The notes under the pieces were generated by a model, which saw nothing but the letters and a program-made list of their open reading frames with translations, made no database searches and was not told where the DNA came from. A stretch of 64,000 nucleotides of DNA from Opitutales bacterium (GTDB taxonomy: Bacteria; Verrucomicrobiota; Verrucomicrobiia; Opitutales; Coraliomargaritaceae). The stretch is taken from contig JBMYNR010000001.1 of assembly GCA_049598495.1 (NCBI GenBank), forward strand, positions 1-64,000. Reading direction: 5' to 3'. Below, piece by piece: positions 10,166 to 20,092 of the stretch. The number at the start of each line of letters is the position of its first letter. Position 1 is the stretch's first letter. The position numbers and the translations under genes are program-made.

Positions 10166-10615
10166 ATGTCTGACGAACTACACGAACTGTATCAGGAGAT
10201 CATTCTCGACCATAATAAGCGCCCCCGGCATTACGGCTTGCTGGTCGATGCGACGCATCAGGCCGAGGGCTATAACCCTCTCTGTGGTGACAAGATCGAT
10301 GTCTATCTGAATGTAGTGGATGATCGGATACAAGCTGTCCAGTTTGAGGCGGCCGCCTGTGCGATCTGTAAGGCTTCGGCATCGATGATGACGGAAGCAT
10401 TGACCGGGCAGTCGCTTGAGACAGCGGCCAAAATCTTCAATCGGCTCAATGGATTACTTTCCGGAGAAGGCGACCTGCCCGCGCTTGAAGTGGAGGGGGA
10501 GATTGCCGCGCTGGCTGGAGTGCGCAAATTTCCTGCCCGCATCAAATGCGCCAGCCTGCCCTGGCATACCTTTCAAGCAGCGCTCCGCGGTGAGGCGAGC
10601 GCGGTGACGGAGTAA
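10166..10615 (+). CDS. sufU: SUF-type NifU/IscU-family Fe-S assembly protein
   Basis: [29 protein letters not shown]. Confidence 0.92.
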   Translation: MSDELHELYQEIILDHNKRPRHYGLLVDATHQAEGYNPLCGDKIDVYLNVVDDRIQAVQFEAAACAICKASASMMTEALTGQSLETAAKIFNRLNGLLSGEGDLPALEVEGEIAALAGVRKFPARIKCASLPWHTFQAALRGEASAVTE

Positions 10616-10619
10616 TCGC

Positions 10620-11603
10620 CTAGCTCTTGTCCGGGGGCGTCAATAGGACGCGGGTTTGTAAACCGGGAAGGTATTCGGAAAATTCCTCACCTTCGGGGGT
10701 ATTCCTGAGGACGCGTTGCACCATGCCCATCTTGGCATCGAGATTGTCGATCATCGAGACGAAGACGGCTTCAGGGGTCGCGGCCATTGCGGCGGCGCCC
10801 CATTCCTTTTCACCTTGGTGGCTGAGGATGATATGTTCCAGTCGCTCGGTCAAATCCTGGTTCAGTTTGGATTTTAGTGCGGCCTTTCGTGCGGTGCGAA
10901 AGCCAAGCACAACGTGACCCTGTAAGGTGCCGATGCGGCTCACTTTAGCAGCGAAATCGCCCTGGTATTCTTCAAGCTTACCGATGTCGTGGAGAATGAT
11001 GCCGGCGATTGCGAGATCGCCATCTACTTGAGGGTAGAGTGGGAGGAGTGCCCGGGCAGCTCGCACCATATGAGTGGTGTGTTCGAGGAGGCCGTGCCGG
11101 TAGGCGTGATGCATACTGATCGCGGCCGTGCTGGTGCGGAAAGCATGCCCCATCTGCTCCATGACATATTCTACAGTTTCACGGAGTTGTGGGTGTTCGA
11201 TCGCGGCGGTAGCCTCTTCGATATCGGCCCAGAGTTCGTCCTCTGATTCCGGTGGCACCTCGACCAGCTGGCTGAGCATGCTCTGTGCTTCCTCCTCGGA
11301 GGGGTCGAGTTCCTCGGCCGCTTGTAGGCGCGGGGAGAAACGCTCATTGTAATACTCGGTCTTGCCCGATATGCGCACGAGCGAGCCTTCAACAACATTC
11401 TCCAAGGCGGCAAAGACCTCGGAGTCACCAAAGCACGTTGCGTTGAAGCTGCCCCCGGCATCACCAAGTTCAACGCTGAGAAATGGGTTGCCGTTTTTGG
11501 CCGTTTTTACGGTTTTTCGCCGAAGGATGAAGATGCTTCTAAAAGGGGCGGCGATGTTAGGGTCGAGCTGCTTCAGCTCTTGTACGGTTTTGAAATCGCT
11601 CAT
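10620..11603 (-). CDS. YhaM/Cbf-family OB-fold plus HD-domain 3'-5' exonuclease
   Basis: N-terminal OB fold, MHHAYRHGLLEHT, LHDIGK, HIILSHQG, DNLDAK. Confidence 0.88.
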   Translation of the reverse strand: MSDFKTVQELKQLDPNIAAPFRSIFILRRKTVKTAKNGNPFLSVELGDAGGSFNATCFGDSEVFAALENVVEGSLVRISGKTEYYNERFSPRLQAAEELDPSEEEAQSMLSQLVEVPPESEDELWADIEEATAAIEHPQLRETVEYVMEQMGHAFRTSTAAISMHHAYRHGLLEHTTHMVRAARALLPLYPQVDGDLAIAGIILHDIGKLEEYQGDFAAKVSRIGTLQGHVVLGFRTARKAALKSKLNQDLTERLEHIILSHQGEKEWGAAAMAATPEAVFVSMIDNLDAKMGMVQRVLRNTPEGEEFSEYLPGLQTRVLLTPPDKS

Positions 11604-11728
11604 AGGATAGGAGGTAGCGGCGGTCGTCCCTGACCGCCATAGAATCGGGCTTGATCTGACGTGTCGCGCGGAGGGACCCGCGCCAGTACCAAGTAATCCA
11701 TTTCTTGTAGCGAATGATGGCAACGCAT

Positions 11729-11759
11729 AAAAAAGCGGACGCGCCTCTCTACGTCCGCC
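11729..11759 (-). terminator. Intrinsic terminator of pfp
   Basis: GCGGACG/CGTCCGC stem with U6 tail on the minus strand. Confidence 0.7.
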
Positions 11760-11818
11760 TAAATTTTAACGGGGGGTCTGCCTTACCAGACTCGGACCGT
11801 GGGACGCGGTCCCTCCAT

Positions 11819-13057
11819 TTAGTGCTCCACTTCGAGCTTGGCGCCCTTTGGCTGTCCGATGGCGTCGAGCAGTTCCTCGAACCATGGGGTGTCGATGTTA
11901 AAGGGTTTGCCACCTGCGATACGCGGGAACTCGATTGCACGGAGGATATTCCGGTCGTCTTCGTCGTGGCCGATCACACCGCTTTCGCGAACCACCGCGC
12001 AATCCACCGCGAGGTCGGTGCAGCTCTTAATCAGACGGAGATCGTCGGCATTGGCCGCAGCAGCGCGGGCGAAGTAGCCGCTCTTTTGAACAAGGACTTT
12101 TTCAGCCTCCAGCATTTTGGCGAACTGCTCGCCGAACCATTTCCCCGGGTTGACTGCGTCCAGCTTGACGTGGCCGAAGGCGTCGCGCGGGACTTCCTCG
12201 CCGGCGGCTTCCATTTCTTTGATGATGGTTTCCACTCCGGCGCCTTCGGAGATGAAGATGTTGACGTTGTCATGCTCGTCCATGATCGCCTTTAGGCGCT
12301 TGGCTTCAGTCTGAATGTCGACATCCATTTCCGGAATGAAGATAGCGTGCACATCCTTGCGGATTTCGGAGAGGCCAATTTCCTCAGCCCACTCCAGCGC
12401 ATCCAATCGCTTGCGATAGACATCAGCCGTGGCTGCGGTGAGCCAGCCGCAGTTGCGGCCCATGACCTCGTGGATGATAAGCATGCGGGGATTCGCGTTG
12501 TGCTCGGCGACGACGTTTTCGAAATACTTGGCGCCCTCTTCGGCGGCCGTCCAGGCACCCAGGCTTTGGGCGATCGGGAAGACGTCGTTATCGATGGTCT
12601 TCGGGAGGCCGACCACGGTGAGTGCGTAATCGTTTTCTGCGAGGTAGGCGGCGAGGTCGGCAGCGGTTGTGTTGGTGTCGTCACCCCCGATGGTGTGAAG
12701 CACGTCGACTCCATCTTTGGTCAACTGGTCGGCAGCCACCTTGAGTGGGTCTTCACCTTCCTTGACGAGGCCACGCTTCACGCAGTCCTTGATATTGGTC
12801 AGCTTGACCCGGCTGTTGCCGATGGGGCTGCCGCCGTGGGCGTGGAGGGTACCTGCCGTGGCACGGATCGCCTCGGTGACGGGGACGCTGTCCCCCTGTA
12901 GGAGTCCCTTGTAGCCGCCGCGATAGCAGATGATTTCGATATCCGGATAAAGTTCGGTGTAGCGCTCGATCAGGCCACCGATTGCGGAAGAAAGGCAGGG
13001 CGCGAGGCCACCGGCTGTGAGGATCGCTACTTTTTCTACGGGTTTGTTTTCAGACAT
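11819..13057 (-). CDS. pfp: Pyrophosphate-dependent phosphofructokinase
   Basis: TAGGLAPCL, GGDDT (PPi-type Asp), PKTIDND, EVMGRNCGWL; start at MSENK. Confidence 0.93.
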   Translation of the reverse strand: MSENKPVEKVAILTAGGLAPCLSSAIGGLIERYTELYPDIEIICYRGGYKGLLQGDSVPVTEAIRATAGTLHAHGGSPIGNSRVKLTNIKDCVKRGLVKEGEDPLKVAADQLTKDGVDVLHTIGGDDTNTTAADLAAYLAENDYALTVVGLPKTIDNDVFPIAQSLGAWTAAEEGAKYFENVVAEHNANPRMLIIHEVMGRNCGWLTAATADVYRKRLDALEWAEEIGLSEIRKDVHAIFIPEMDVDIQTEAKRLKAIMDEHDNVNIFISEGAGVETIIKEMEAAGEEVPRDAFGHVKLDAVNPGKWFGEQFAKMLEAEKVLVQKSGYFARAAAANADDLRLIKSCTDLAVDCAVVRESGVIGHDEDDRNILRAIEFPRIAGGKPFNIDTPWFEELLDAIGQPKGAKLEVEH

Positions 13058-13296
13058 ATCGTTTTCTAGTTTGGATTTGGTAGATGCCCCTCGTTGTGGT
13101 GTTTTCCCTCCCTCTGGCAAACACGAATCACAGCTACTTCTTAGTATAAAACCATTCATTGACGTTCATAACGTCAATGAATGGTTCTAAAATTAGCATC
13201 AGAGTCGTCCTTTATTATGGGGCTGAAAGGTTACGCATAAAAGGGGTGGTGCGGAATCCGCCTTGCGCTAACTGGTCCGTCTGCCACCGTCGGCGC

Positions 13297-14649
13297 ATGG
13301 CTGAAGAGGAACAGGAAAAAACCGCATGGCGTAACGTGCGCAGCTTCACGCTGTTTCGCGTCTTTTTTTCGGCTCGTTTCTATTACCCGGTGTATGCACT
13401 CCTGTTCCTCGATTACGGCCTGACGCTGGGGCAGTTCGGTTTATTAAATGCAATCTGGGCGGTCACGATTGTCCTCTTGGAAGTGCCGTCAGGTGCTCTG
13501 GCAGATACGGTCGGGCGGCGCAACCTGCTGATTGTTGCCGGTATCTGTATGCTGGTCGAGATGGCCGTCCTCCTTGTGGCACCGATTGGTGGGGGCGGCT
13601 GGCTGTTTGCCCTCTTCGTATTGAACCGTGTTCTGAGTGGGGCGGCGGAGGCGGCGGCCAGTGGTGCAGATGAGGCGCTGGCCTATGACTCGCTTAAGGC
13701 GGCTGGTTTGGAGAACCAGTGGGGCCGGGTGCTTGAGCGTGTGCAACGGGATACTTCGCTGGCATTTTTCTTTGCGATGATGACAGGGGCGGCGGTTTAC
13801 GACCCCGATATGGTGAACGCGGTTCTGACCTTTGTGGGAGCGTCTTTTACAGTGGAGCAATCCCAGCTGATCCGGCTGCCGATACTCCTAACCTTCTTTT
13901 CCGGGATCGTGGTCTTTGCGATGGCCCTGCGAATGAAAGAATCCCCACTGGAAAAGACCCTGACCGTCCGAGAGACGCTGGCGAAGAGCTGGCATCAGAC
14001 CGGATCGGCCGCGCGCTGGATTTGGGCGACACCGCTTCCCTTTGGAATCATTCTCGCTGCGATGATTCTGGACAGTGCCGTGCGGCAGTTTTTGACGCTG
14101 GCCAGCGAATATTGGAAGGTCTGCGAATTGCCCATCGCGAGCTACGGCTTGATTGGCTCGGGGATGGCCTTGATGGGTTTGTTTGTGCCGCGCATCGCAC
14201 GCCTGCTGGCGGAAAAGAGCACACCCGTTATGAATTTTATGCTGACTTCCGGGGCGGTGCTCGTCGGCCTGATCGGTCTTGGCTTTGCCATCCCTATTTG
14301 GGGTATCGTGCCGGCGGTCTTTCTCTATGCTTCCATTCAACTGACCGGGTTTTTTGTCAGTCGCTACCTGAATGAAGTCGCTCGCTCCGAGCAGCGGGCG
14401 ACGGTATTGAGCTTCCGCGGACTGACCACAAATTTCAGTTACGGGGCGGTCTCAATCATGTATTCAGGCCTAATTGTCTGGATCAAATCGAAGGCAGAGA
14501 CCACTGGCCCGAATCCGGACACTCAAGAGTCCATCTTTGTGGAATCGCTGCAGGTCTTTCCCTGGTATTTCGCGCTCACCGTGGTGATGGTCTTTGCGAT
14601 TCACCGCCTGCGATTCGGCAAGACGAAACAAACGTCGATTATAGAGTAG
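13297..14649 (+). CDS. MFS transporter
   Basis: About 12 hydrophobic segments; EVPSGALADTVGRR motif A; ASGADEALAYDSL. Confidence 0.9.
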   Translation: MAEEEQEKTAWRNVRSFTLFRVFFSARFYYPVYALLFLDYGLTLGQFGLLNAIWAVTIVLLEVPSGALADTVGRRNLLIVAGICMLVEMAVLLVAPIGGGGWLFALFVLNRVLSGAAEAAASGADEALAYDSLKAAGLENQWGRVLERVQRDTSLAFFFAMMTGAAVYDPDMVNAVLTFVGASFTVEQSQLIRLPILLTFFSGIVVFAMALRMKESPLEKTLTVRETLAKSWHQTGSAARWIWATPLPFGIILAAMILDSAVRQFLTLASEYWKVCELPIASYGLIGSGMALMGLFVPRIARLLAEKSTPVMNFMLTSGAVLVGLIGLGFAIPIWGIVPAVFLYASIQLTGFFVSRYLNEVARSEQRATVLSFRGLTTNFSYGAVSIMYSGLIVWIKSKAETTGPNPDTQESIFVESLQVFPWYFALTVVMVFAIHRLRFGKTKQTSIIE

Positions 14650-15070
14650 GCGTTTCCAAGCCGGCTTCCATCGCGAGTTTTCGTTGTTTCGCGTCGAAGG
14701 TAACGAACTGTGTGGCTCCGTAAATATTTGCGTAGGCGACGTGAAGGATATCCATCGTGCGGCAACCGAGATCTGAGGTGCGCTCGGAAAGTGTTTTGAA
14801 TTCGGCCATTAAGTTACTGCGATTTACCTCCGGATAATAGTAGAGCCCGCGCTTTTTTCTGTTTCCGAAATACTCGATCTGTTCCTCGCTTTGTTCCGCG
14901 GTGAGGTCGCCCCAAAACACCTTGAGCCTGAGTGCATTGCACAGCTCCATCTCAAGGATCTCGCTGATCGGCAGGGGCGCAGACTGTGATTCCAGAAGTG
15001 CCTGAACTTCTTTCGAGCCATCCTCCATCACGTAGAGCTTGAGGAGGGCACTGGTATCCAGGTAGATCAT
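14639..15070 (-). CDS. vapC: VapC-like PIN-domain toxin
   Basis: IYLDTSALLKLY, RTMDILHVA, FVTFD. Confidence 0.88.
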   Translation of the reverse strand: MIYLDTSALLKLYVMEDGSKEVQALLESQSAPLPISEILEMELCNALRLKVFWGDLTAEQSEEQIEYFGNRKKRGLYYYPEVNRSNLMAEFKTLSERTSDLGCRTMDILHVAYANIYGATQFVTFDAKQRKLAMEAGLETPTL

Positions 15071-15301
15071 TTACCAGCGTCCCTCACGATCGCCCCGGAC
15101 GGTTTCTTCGGCCGTTTTGCCCTTGGAGCTCGCAGCGGTCATTAAATGATCGTCCCATTTGAGCACCTCACGCGGTTTCGCCGGTAGAATGTGCACCGTG
15201 GGTTGCCCACGATTGATGACTTCAAAAGTCTCCCCCTCCCGCACCTGAGCTTCGACTTTGGCCCAGTGCATCTTCATTTCTCTAACAGTGATTGTTTTCA
15301 T
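15071..15301 (-). CDS. Phd/YefM-family antitoxin
   Basis: MKTITVREMK...GETFEVINRGQP; abuts the PIN gene. Confidence 0.82.
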   Translation of the reverse strand: MKTITVREMKMHWAKVEAQVREGETFEVINRGQPTVHILPAKPREVLKWDDHLMTAASSKGKTAEETVRGDREGRW

Positions 15302-15361
15302 TTTGTCGAATTTTTAAAGTATACAAAATGTAAAACTATAATTTGTCAAATTGAGAAATAT

Positions 15362-16594
15362 TTAGATAAAGGGCACGTGCTCGTAGGTATCGCCGAGGAT
15401 CTTGCTGGAGTCTGCTTCCAACCAGCGGTCGAGCACACTACTGTAGATGCCCCGGAAATCGGTGGAGTATTCGAGGTCCTTTTTTACATCGGTGACCAGT
15501 TCAGGCGCTTGGCCAAGGAGACCGCCCTGGACTTTCGAGCCCATAACGAAGAGCGGAGCGGCGGTGCCGTGGTCGGTGCCGCCGCTGCCGTTCTCGGCGG
15601 GGCGACGCCCGAACTCCGAGAAAGTCATGGTCAGCACCTGATCGTCTTTGCTATGTGCGGTCAGATCTTTTTGGAAGGCACTCATACTTTGCGAGAGCTC
15701 GGTCAAGAGACGCTGGTGATTTTGCAATTGGTTGGCGTGGGTATCGTATCCGCCCTGGGAGACGAAGTAGACGCGGGTTTCCATATCGGCATGGATGAGG
15801 GCGGCGACCCGTTTGAGTGACTGCGCGAGTTTCGTTCCTGGGTAGGCGGCCTGCGGCTTGTATTTACCGATGATTTTCTCGACGCGGCGTTCCGTCACGA
15901 GGGTGTTCATCATGGTGTGCTGCAGGTAGCTGGCGTTGCCCTCGATATGGTCTGCTAGAAGGAGTTTCTCGTAGGCGAGGTCGGCGGGATCATTGCCCCT
16001 GTCGAAGCGGCCGCGATGCTTCATGCCAAAGAGCGCATGCGAGTTCTCGGACAAATAGCTCTGCGGAATCATATCGCCGACATGAATGGCCGTTGGGTCG
16101 GCATCCTCCTCGGGGCTGCCTGCACAGTGGTTATCAAAATAGCGCCCCAACCAGCCTTCGCGCCGGTATTCGTCGGCGTTGCTGCCGGTCTCCCAGATTT
16201 CTGTTGAGCGGAAGTGGCTTCGGTTTGGGTTGGGATAGCCCACGTTCTGGACGATGGAGAGCTTTCCGTCTTTGAAGAGCTCGTAAAGTGGTTTACAGGC
16301 CGGATGGAAGGCGAGGTCGTCGTTCAGGTTCAGCAAATCCCTTCGCAGGCCGAGAGTTGGGCGCAGTTTATAGTAGCGGTCGTCAGAGAAGGGAATGACC
16401 GTATTGAGACCATCGTTACCCCCGGCGAGTTGGACGATCACAAGGATGCTGCGGTCGCGCTCGGGTGCGGGGGTTTGTGCCATCGCGCTACGGGCGAGAA
16501 ATGCCGGCGCGACACCACTAAAGGCAAGGAAGCCGAGGCCACCGCTTCCACGAATGAATTCACGGCGAGTGAGGGGTAGATGTTTCATGGGCAT
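15362..16594 (-). CDS. DUF1501 family protein, Tat-exported
   Basis: TRREFI twin-Arg signal, QLAGGNDGLN, NRSHFRS, GGYDTHANQ, SEFGRR, GTDHG. Confidence 0.9.
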   Translation of the reverse strand: MPMKHLPLTRREFIRGSGGLGFLAFSGVAPAFLARSAMAQTPAPERDRSILVIVQLAGGNDGLNTVIPFSDDRYYKLRPTLGLRRDLLNLNDDLAFHPACKPLYELFKDGKLSIVQNVGYPNPNRSHFRSTEIWETGSNADEYRREGWLGRYFDNHCAGSPEEDADPTAIHVGDMIPQSYLSENSHALFGMKHRGRFDRGNDPADLAYEKLLLADHIEGNASYLQHTMMNTLVTERRVEKIIGKYKPQAAYPGTKLAQSLKRVAALIHADMETRVYFVSQGGYDTHANQLQNHQRLLTELSQSMSAFQKDLTAHSKDDQVLTMTFSEFGRRPAENGSGGTDHGTAAPLFVMGSKVQGGLLGQAPELVTDVKKDLEYSTDFRGIYSSVLDRWLEADSSKILGDTYEHVPFI

Positions 16595-16597
16595 TCC

Positions 16598-18103
16598 TTA
16601 GCAGAGGTTATAGGCGGGCGATTGAAGCAGTGCGATCACGGCAAAACGCACGCGCTGTGCGGCGCCCTTACTATGGGTATCACCGATGATCGTTTGCAGT
16701 GCTTTCAAGTAGGTATCCCTTGATTGTGCCGTGATGAAATAGGTCGTAAAATGCTCGGCGATCTTCTCCTGCGGTATCCTGAGTATCTGATTGAGACGTT
16801 CCTGCGTGACCAGAAAGTTGGCCTTGCCGGCCTTGCGGGCTGTCTCCAGATCGCGTTGTTCATTTCCGTTCAGGCGTTTCTCGTTGAGAGGCGCAAAGAC
16901 AAAATCGACGATCTGACGCCGTGCACTGATCGTGGTGGAGTTAATCCAGTGCTCGCCATAAAGCCACCCGCGAACATTCGGCGGGTTGTAGAAGGATTGC
17001 CCCATGGTCGTGAGGCCACGAAGCACTCGGCTCTCAAAAGGAGCGACATCGATCTGGAGATCCTGGCAGAGGCCGAGGTAAAAATGGACCGGGCTTTTTA
17101 CCATATTACCGCGGTAGGCCGGGTGAAAGAAGAGGCGACTTTGAAAGAAGGTTTCGATCAAGAATGGCATACTGAAATCATGATCCGCCCATTGCTCGCC
17201 AAGTGCTTCGATGTAGCGCTCGTCGACCGCTTCTTCGGTGAGATAGAACTTAATCAATTCGCGGATAAGGAAGGTCTTCGCCGCCGGTTGCCGGAAGGTG
17301 ATATCGATAATGTCGTCGCCATCCCAGTTGCCACGTTTGCCGAAGACCGTCTTTTTGCCGCTGTCGTGCTGCTTGCGATCTATGTAAAACGTGCTGTTCT
17401 TTCGGATACGGTAGCCCGTGAACGCTTTGGAGGCTTCCTTGATGTCGTTCTCGGAATACTTTCCTTCGCCTAGGATGAAAAGTTCGAAAAGCTCACGGGC
17501 AAAATTCTCGTTCGGCTTTTTGGCAGTATTGCGATTCAAATCCAGATAGCGAATCATGGCCGGTTCACGACTGACTCGCTTGCAGAGATCGGGGTAGTTG
17601 TAACTGGTTCCCTCTCGGAGGGTCTGCTGCAAGGAGTAGAGAAGGGAGGGGATCTTGATCTTTCGCTGCTCCACGACGAATACGTCCTGAAGGAACATGA
17701 CGAATTTCTCTCGCGGGCTGTTGGCCTCTTCCCGCGCATAGTGGTACCAGTCCATCCCGAAGCGGCGGAAGAGGCTATTTTCATCGCGCTGGAGGGCTTG
17801 CCGCTTCTTGCGCTTTTTCTCGGGGTCTTTTTCGGAATACAGGCTTGAGTAGCGATCGGGAGCCGTCTCGGTGAATTCCCGCAGTTTATCGGACTGGGGC
17901 ATGACAGCATTCGGCGCGAAGGCTCTTCGCAGGAATTCCCTTGGGGTGCCGCGGAGCGCGGATTGAACGGCTTTCGGCGGCGCTGAAAACCCGACCCGAC
18001 GAAGGAAATGCTGGGCTTCCTCAGGGCGCCAAAAACCGCCGGGGAGCGGCTTCCAGGCATCTTCGACCAAGAAAGTATCTGGGGTAGGGTGCTTTGTAGA
18101 CAT
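16598..18103 (-). CDS. DUF1800 family protein
   Basis: HFLRRVGF, PAMIRYLD, PNENFARELFELF, PPNVRGW; start at MSTKH. Confidence 0.9.
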   Translation of the reverse strand: MSTKHPTPDTFLVEDAWKPLPGGFWRPEEAQHFLRRVGFSAPPKAVQSALRGTPREFLRRAFAPNAVMPQSDKLREFTETAPDRYSSLYSEKDPEKKRKKRQALQRDENSLFRRFGMDWYHYAREEANSPREKFVMFLQDVFVVEQRKIKIPSLLYSLQQTLREGTSYNYPDLCKRVSREPAMIRYLDLNRNTAKKPNENFARELFELFILGEGKYSENDIKEASKAFTGYRIRKNSTFYIDRKQHDSGKKTVFGKRGNWDGDDIIDITFRQPAAKTFLIRELIKFYLTEEAVDERYIEALGEQWADHDFSMPFLIETFFQSRLFFHPAYRGNMVKSPVHFYLGLCQDLQIDVAPFESRVLRGLTTMGQSFYNPPNVRGWLYGEHWINSTTISARRQIVDFVFAPLNEKRLNGNEQRDLETARKAGKANFLVTQERLNQILRIPQEKIAEHFTTYFITAQSRDTYLKALQTIIGDTHSKGAAQRVRFAVIALLQSPAYNLC

Positions 18104-18256
18104 GTTAGAACTTTGTAGTGTGCATCGTTGGCAAGTGATGGAAAGTTTCAAATAATGGGAGCATCTGAGACCTTAGTAAGGGCTCTCAGGTCGGACTGTC
18201 CGAAATATAAGGAAAAAGCGTTGAACAAAGCTGAACCCGAGCTTTCGTAGGTTCGA

Positions 18257-20083
18257 ATGCAGCGTCACAGCTTAGCTCGGTGGAAGCGCCCCCTTGTTTG
18301 CCTACTCAGTGCCCTTGAGTTCTTGGCAATGGTTGGCTGCGGGGAGCCGCCGATCGTCGAGCGCGGCAGCCATCCAGCACCGGAGGATGCCTGCGTTAGT
18401 GAGGCGGAGCCAGGCCAGTATGGTGGCATTTTCGTTCTCAACGATACGACTCAGCCGACCACCTTTAATCCGCAGGTACCGAACAATGTCAGTACAAGTA
18501 TTCTCCTGACTCGGATCCTTTCGCCGCTGATCGATTTCGACCCCCGCACCGAGCAATATGTGCCCGCATTGGCAAAGTTCTGGGAGGTAAGCGAGGACCG
18601 TCGCTCCTACACATTTCATCTGCGGCGAGGACTCAAGTGGAGTGACGGCGCGCCCTTTACCGCTGATGATGTCATTTTTACATTTGATTGTATTCTCGCG
18701 GAGGTCGAAGACCCGGACACCGGTGAGAAACGTCCCAAGTATCCATCACGCTACTACAAACAGTATCATATTAATGGGGAAAAGCTGCGCTACACGAAGG
18801 TCGATGATTTCACCGTGCGCTTCGATCTGCCCACGGTTTATGCTCCGTTTATCTATGATATCCGCCAACACATTCTTCCGAAGCACAAGCTCTATGACTC
18901 CTTCCTTGACGGGACTTTTACCAAGCAGTGGTCGACACAGGTCGCGATCGAGTCGCCGGAGGAGATTGTCGGCATGGGTGCCTTTCGGGTGTTCTCATAC
19001 AAGCCTGGCGAGCGCTTGGTCCTGAGCCCGAACCCGCACTTTTGGAAAGTGGATCGATCCGGGCAAAGGCTGCCCTATCTGGACTATCTGGTCCTTAAGT
19101 TCGTGACCGAGAGCAATACGGCGGTCGCTCACTTTGCAACAGGTAAGAGTGATGCATCGGGTGTCGGCGCCTCCGACTACGAGTGGGTGCGGAAGGCCGC
19201 AATGACATACGATTTCACCCTTCACGATCGTGGCCCATCTTCGAGCGTGAATTTCTTCTGGTTCAACCAGCATCTCGGCAATGATGCGGAGGGAGAGCCT
19301 TTTGTTTCCGAGCACAAGTTACGCTGGTTTACGGACAAGCGTTTCCGGCAGGCCGTGCAATATGGCACCAATCGCCAAGGTATGATCAACGCCTTGCTTT
19401 TTGGGAAGGGGGAACCCTTGACCTCGATTGTCGCCCCCGCTCAGGGAAAATGGCATAACCCGGACTTGCCTCGCTACGATTATGATCCCGACAAGGCGAG
19501 GGCGCTTCTGCGTGAATCGGGCTTTGATTGGAACGCAGCCGGGCAATTGATCGATCAAGAGGGGATTCCAGTCGAATTCACCCTTCTTTTGGTCGAGAGT
19601 GCTTCCTACGATACCATCGGTGTGACCTTTGTTGAGAATATGAAGACGCTCGGGATGACGGTTAAGATGGAGCGGACGGACTTTGCGACTCTACTACGGC
19701 GAACGGACGACACCTTCGATTATGATATCACTATGCTCGGTTGGGGTTCTCCCGACGCTTCCTATGATCCATCCGGGAGCAAGGCACTCTTCCTTAGTAG
19801 TGGCCAGTATCATCAATGGTTTCCGGAGCAGCCTGCGCCCGCCACCAAATGGGAGGCACGCATAGACGAGCTGATTGGTCTTCAGGAGCAGACACTTGAT
19901 ATGGACGAGCGGATTGGCTACATGCACGAGGTCCAGGCGATACTCGCGGAGGAATTGCCCCTCCTTTATGGGTTCACGGCGTATGGCTTCGTCGGTGTGA
20001 AGAATAAATGGCAGAACATTTTCGTGCCCTCCGCTGGGACCACCCTTTGGAATATCGAGGAGATTTGGACGGCCGATCCCTAG
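18257..20083 (+). CDS. Peptide ABC transporter substrate-binding lipoprotein (family 5, OppA-like)
   Basis: Lipobox MVGC; YTFHLRRGLKWSDGAPFTADDVIFT; NPHFWK. Confidence 0.9.
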   Translation: MQRHSLARWKRPLVCLLSALEFLAMVGCGEPPIVERGSHPAPEDACVSEAEPGQYGGIFVLNDTTQPTTFNPQVPNNVSTSILLTRILSPLIDFDPRTEQYVPALAKFWEVSEDRRSYTFHLRRGLKWSDGAPFTADDVIFTFDCILAEVEDPDTGEKRPKYPSRYYKQYHINGEKLRYTKVDDFTVRFDLPTVYAPFIYDIRQHILPKHKLYDSFLDGTFTKQWSTQVAIESPEEIVGMGAFRVFSYKPGERLVLSPNPHFWKVDRSGQRLPYLDYLVLKFVTESNTAVAHFATGKSDASGVGASDYEWVRKAAMTYDFTLHDRGPSSSVNFFWFNQHLGNDAEGEPFVSEHKLRWFTDKRFRQAVQYGTNRQGMINALLFGKGEPLTSIVAPAQGKWHNPDLPRYDYDPDKARALLRESGFDWNAAGQLIDQEGIPVEFTLLLVESASYDTIGVTFVENMKTLGMTVKMERTDFATLLRRTDDTFDYDITMLGWGSPDASYDPSGSKALFLSSGQYHQWFPEQPAPATKWEARIDELIGLQEQTLDMDERIGYMHEVQAILAEELPLLYGFTAYGFVGVKNKWQNIFVPSAGTTLWNIEEIWTADP

Positions 20084-20092
20084 CCTCAGACC

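Noticed and set aside
15310..15355. Sigma70 promoter TTGACA...TATACT for the vapBC pair
   Set aside because: The 20-nt spacer is too long to call confidently
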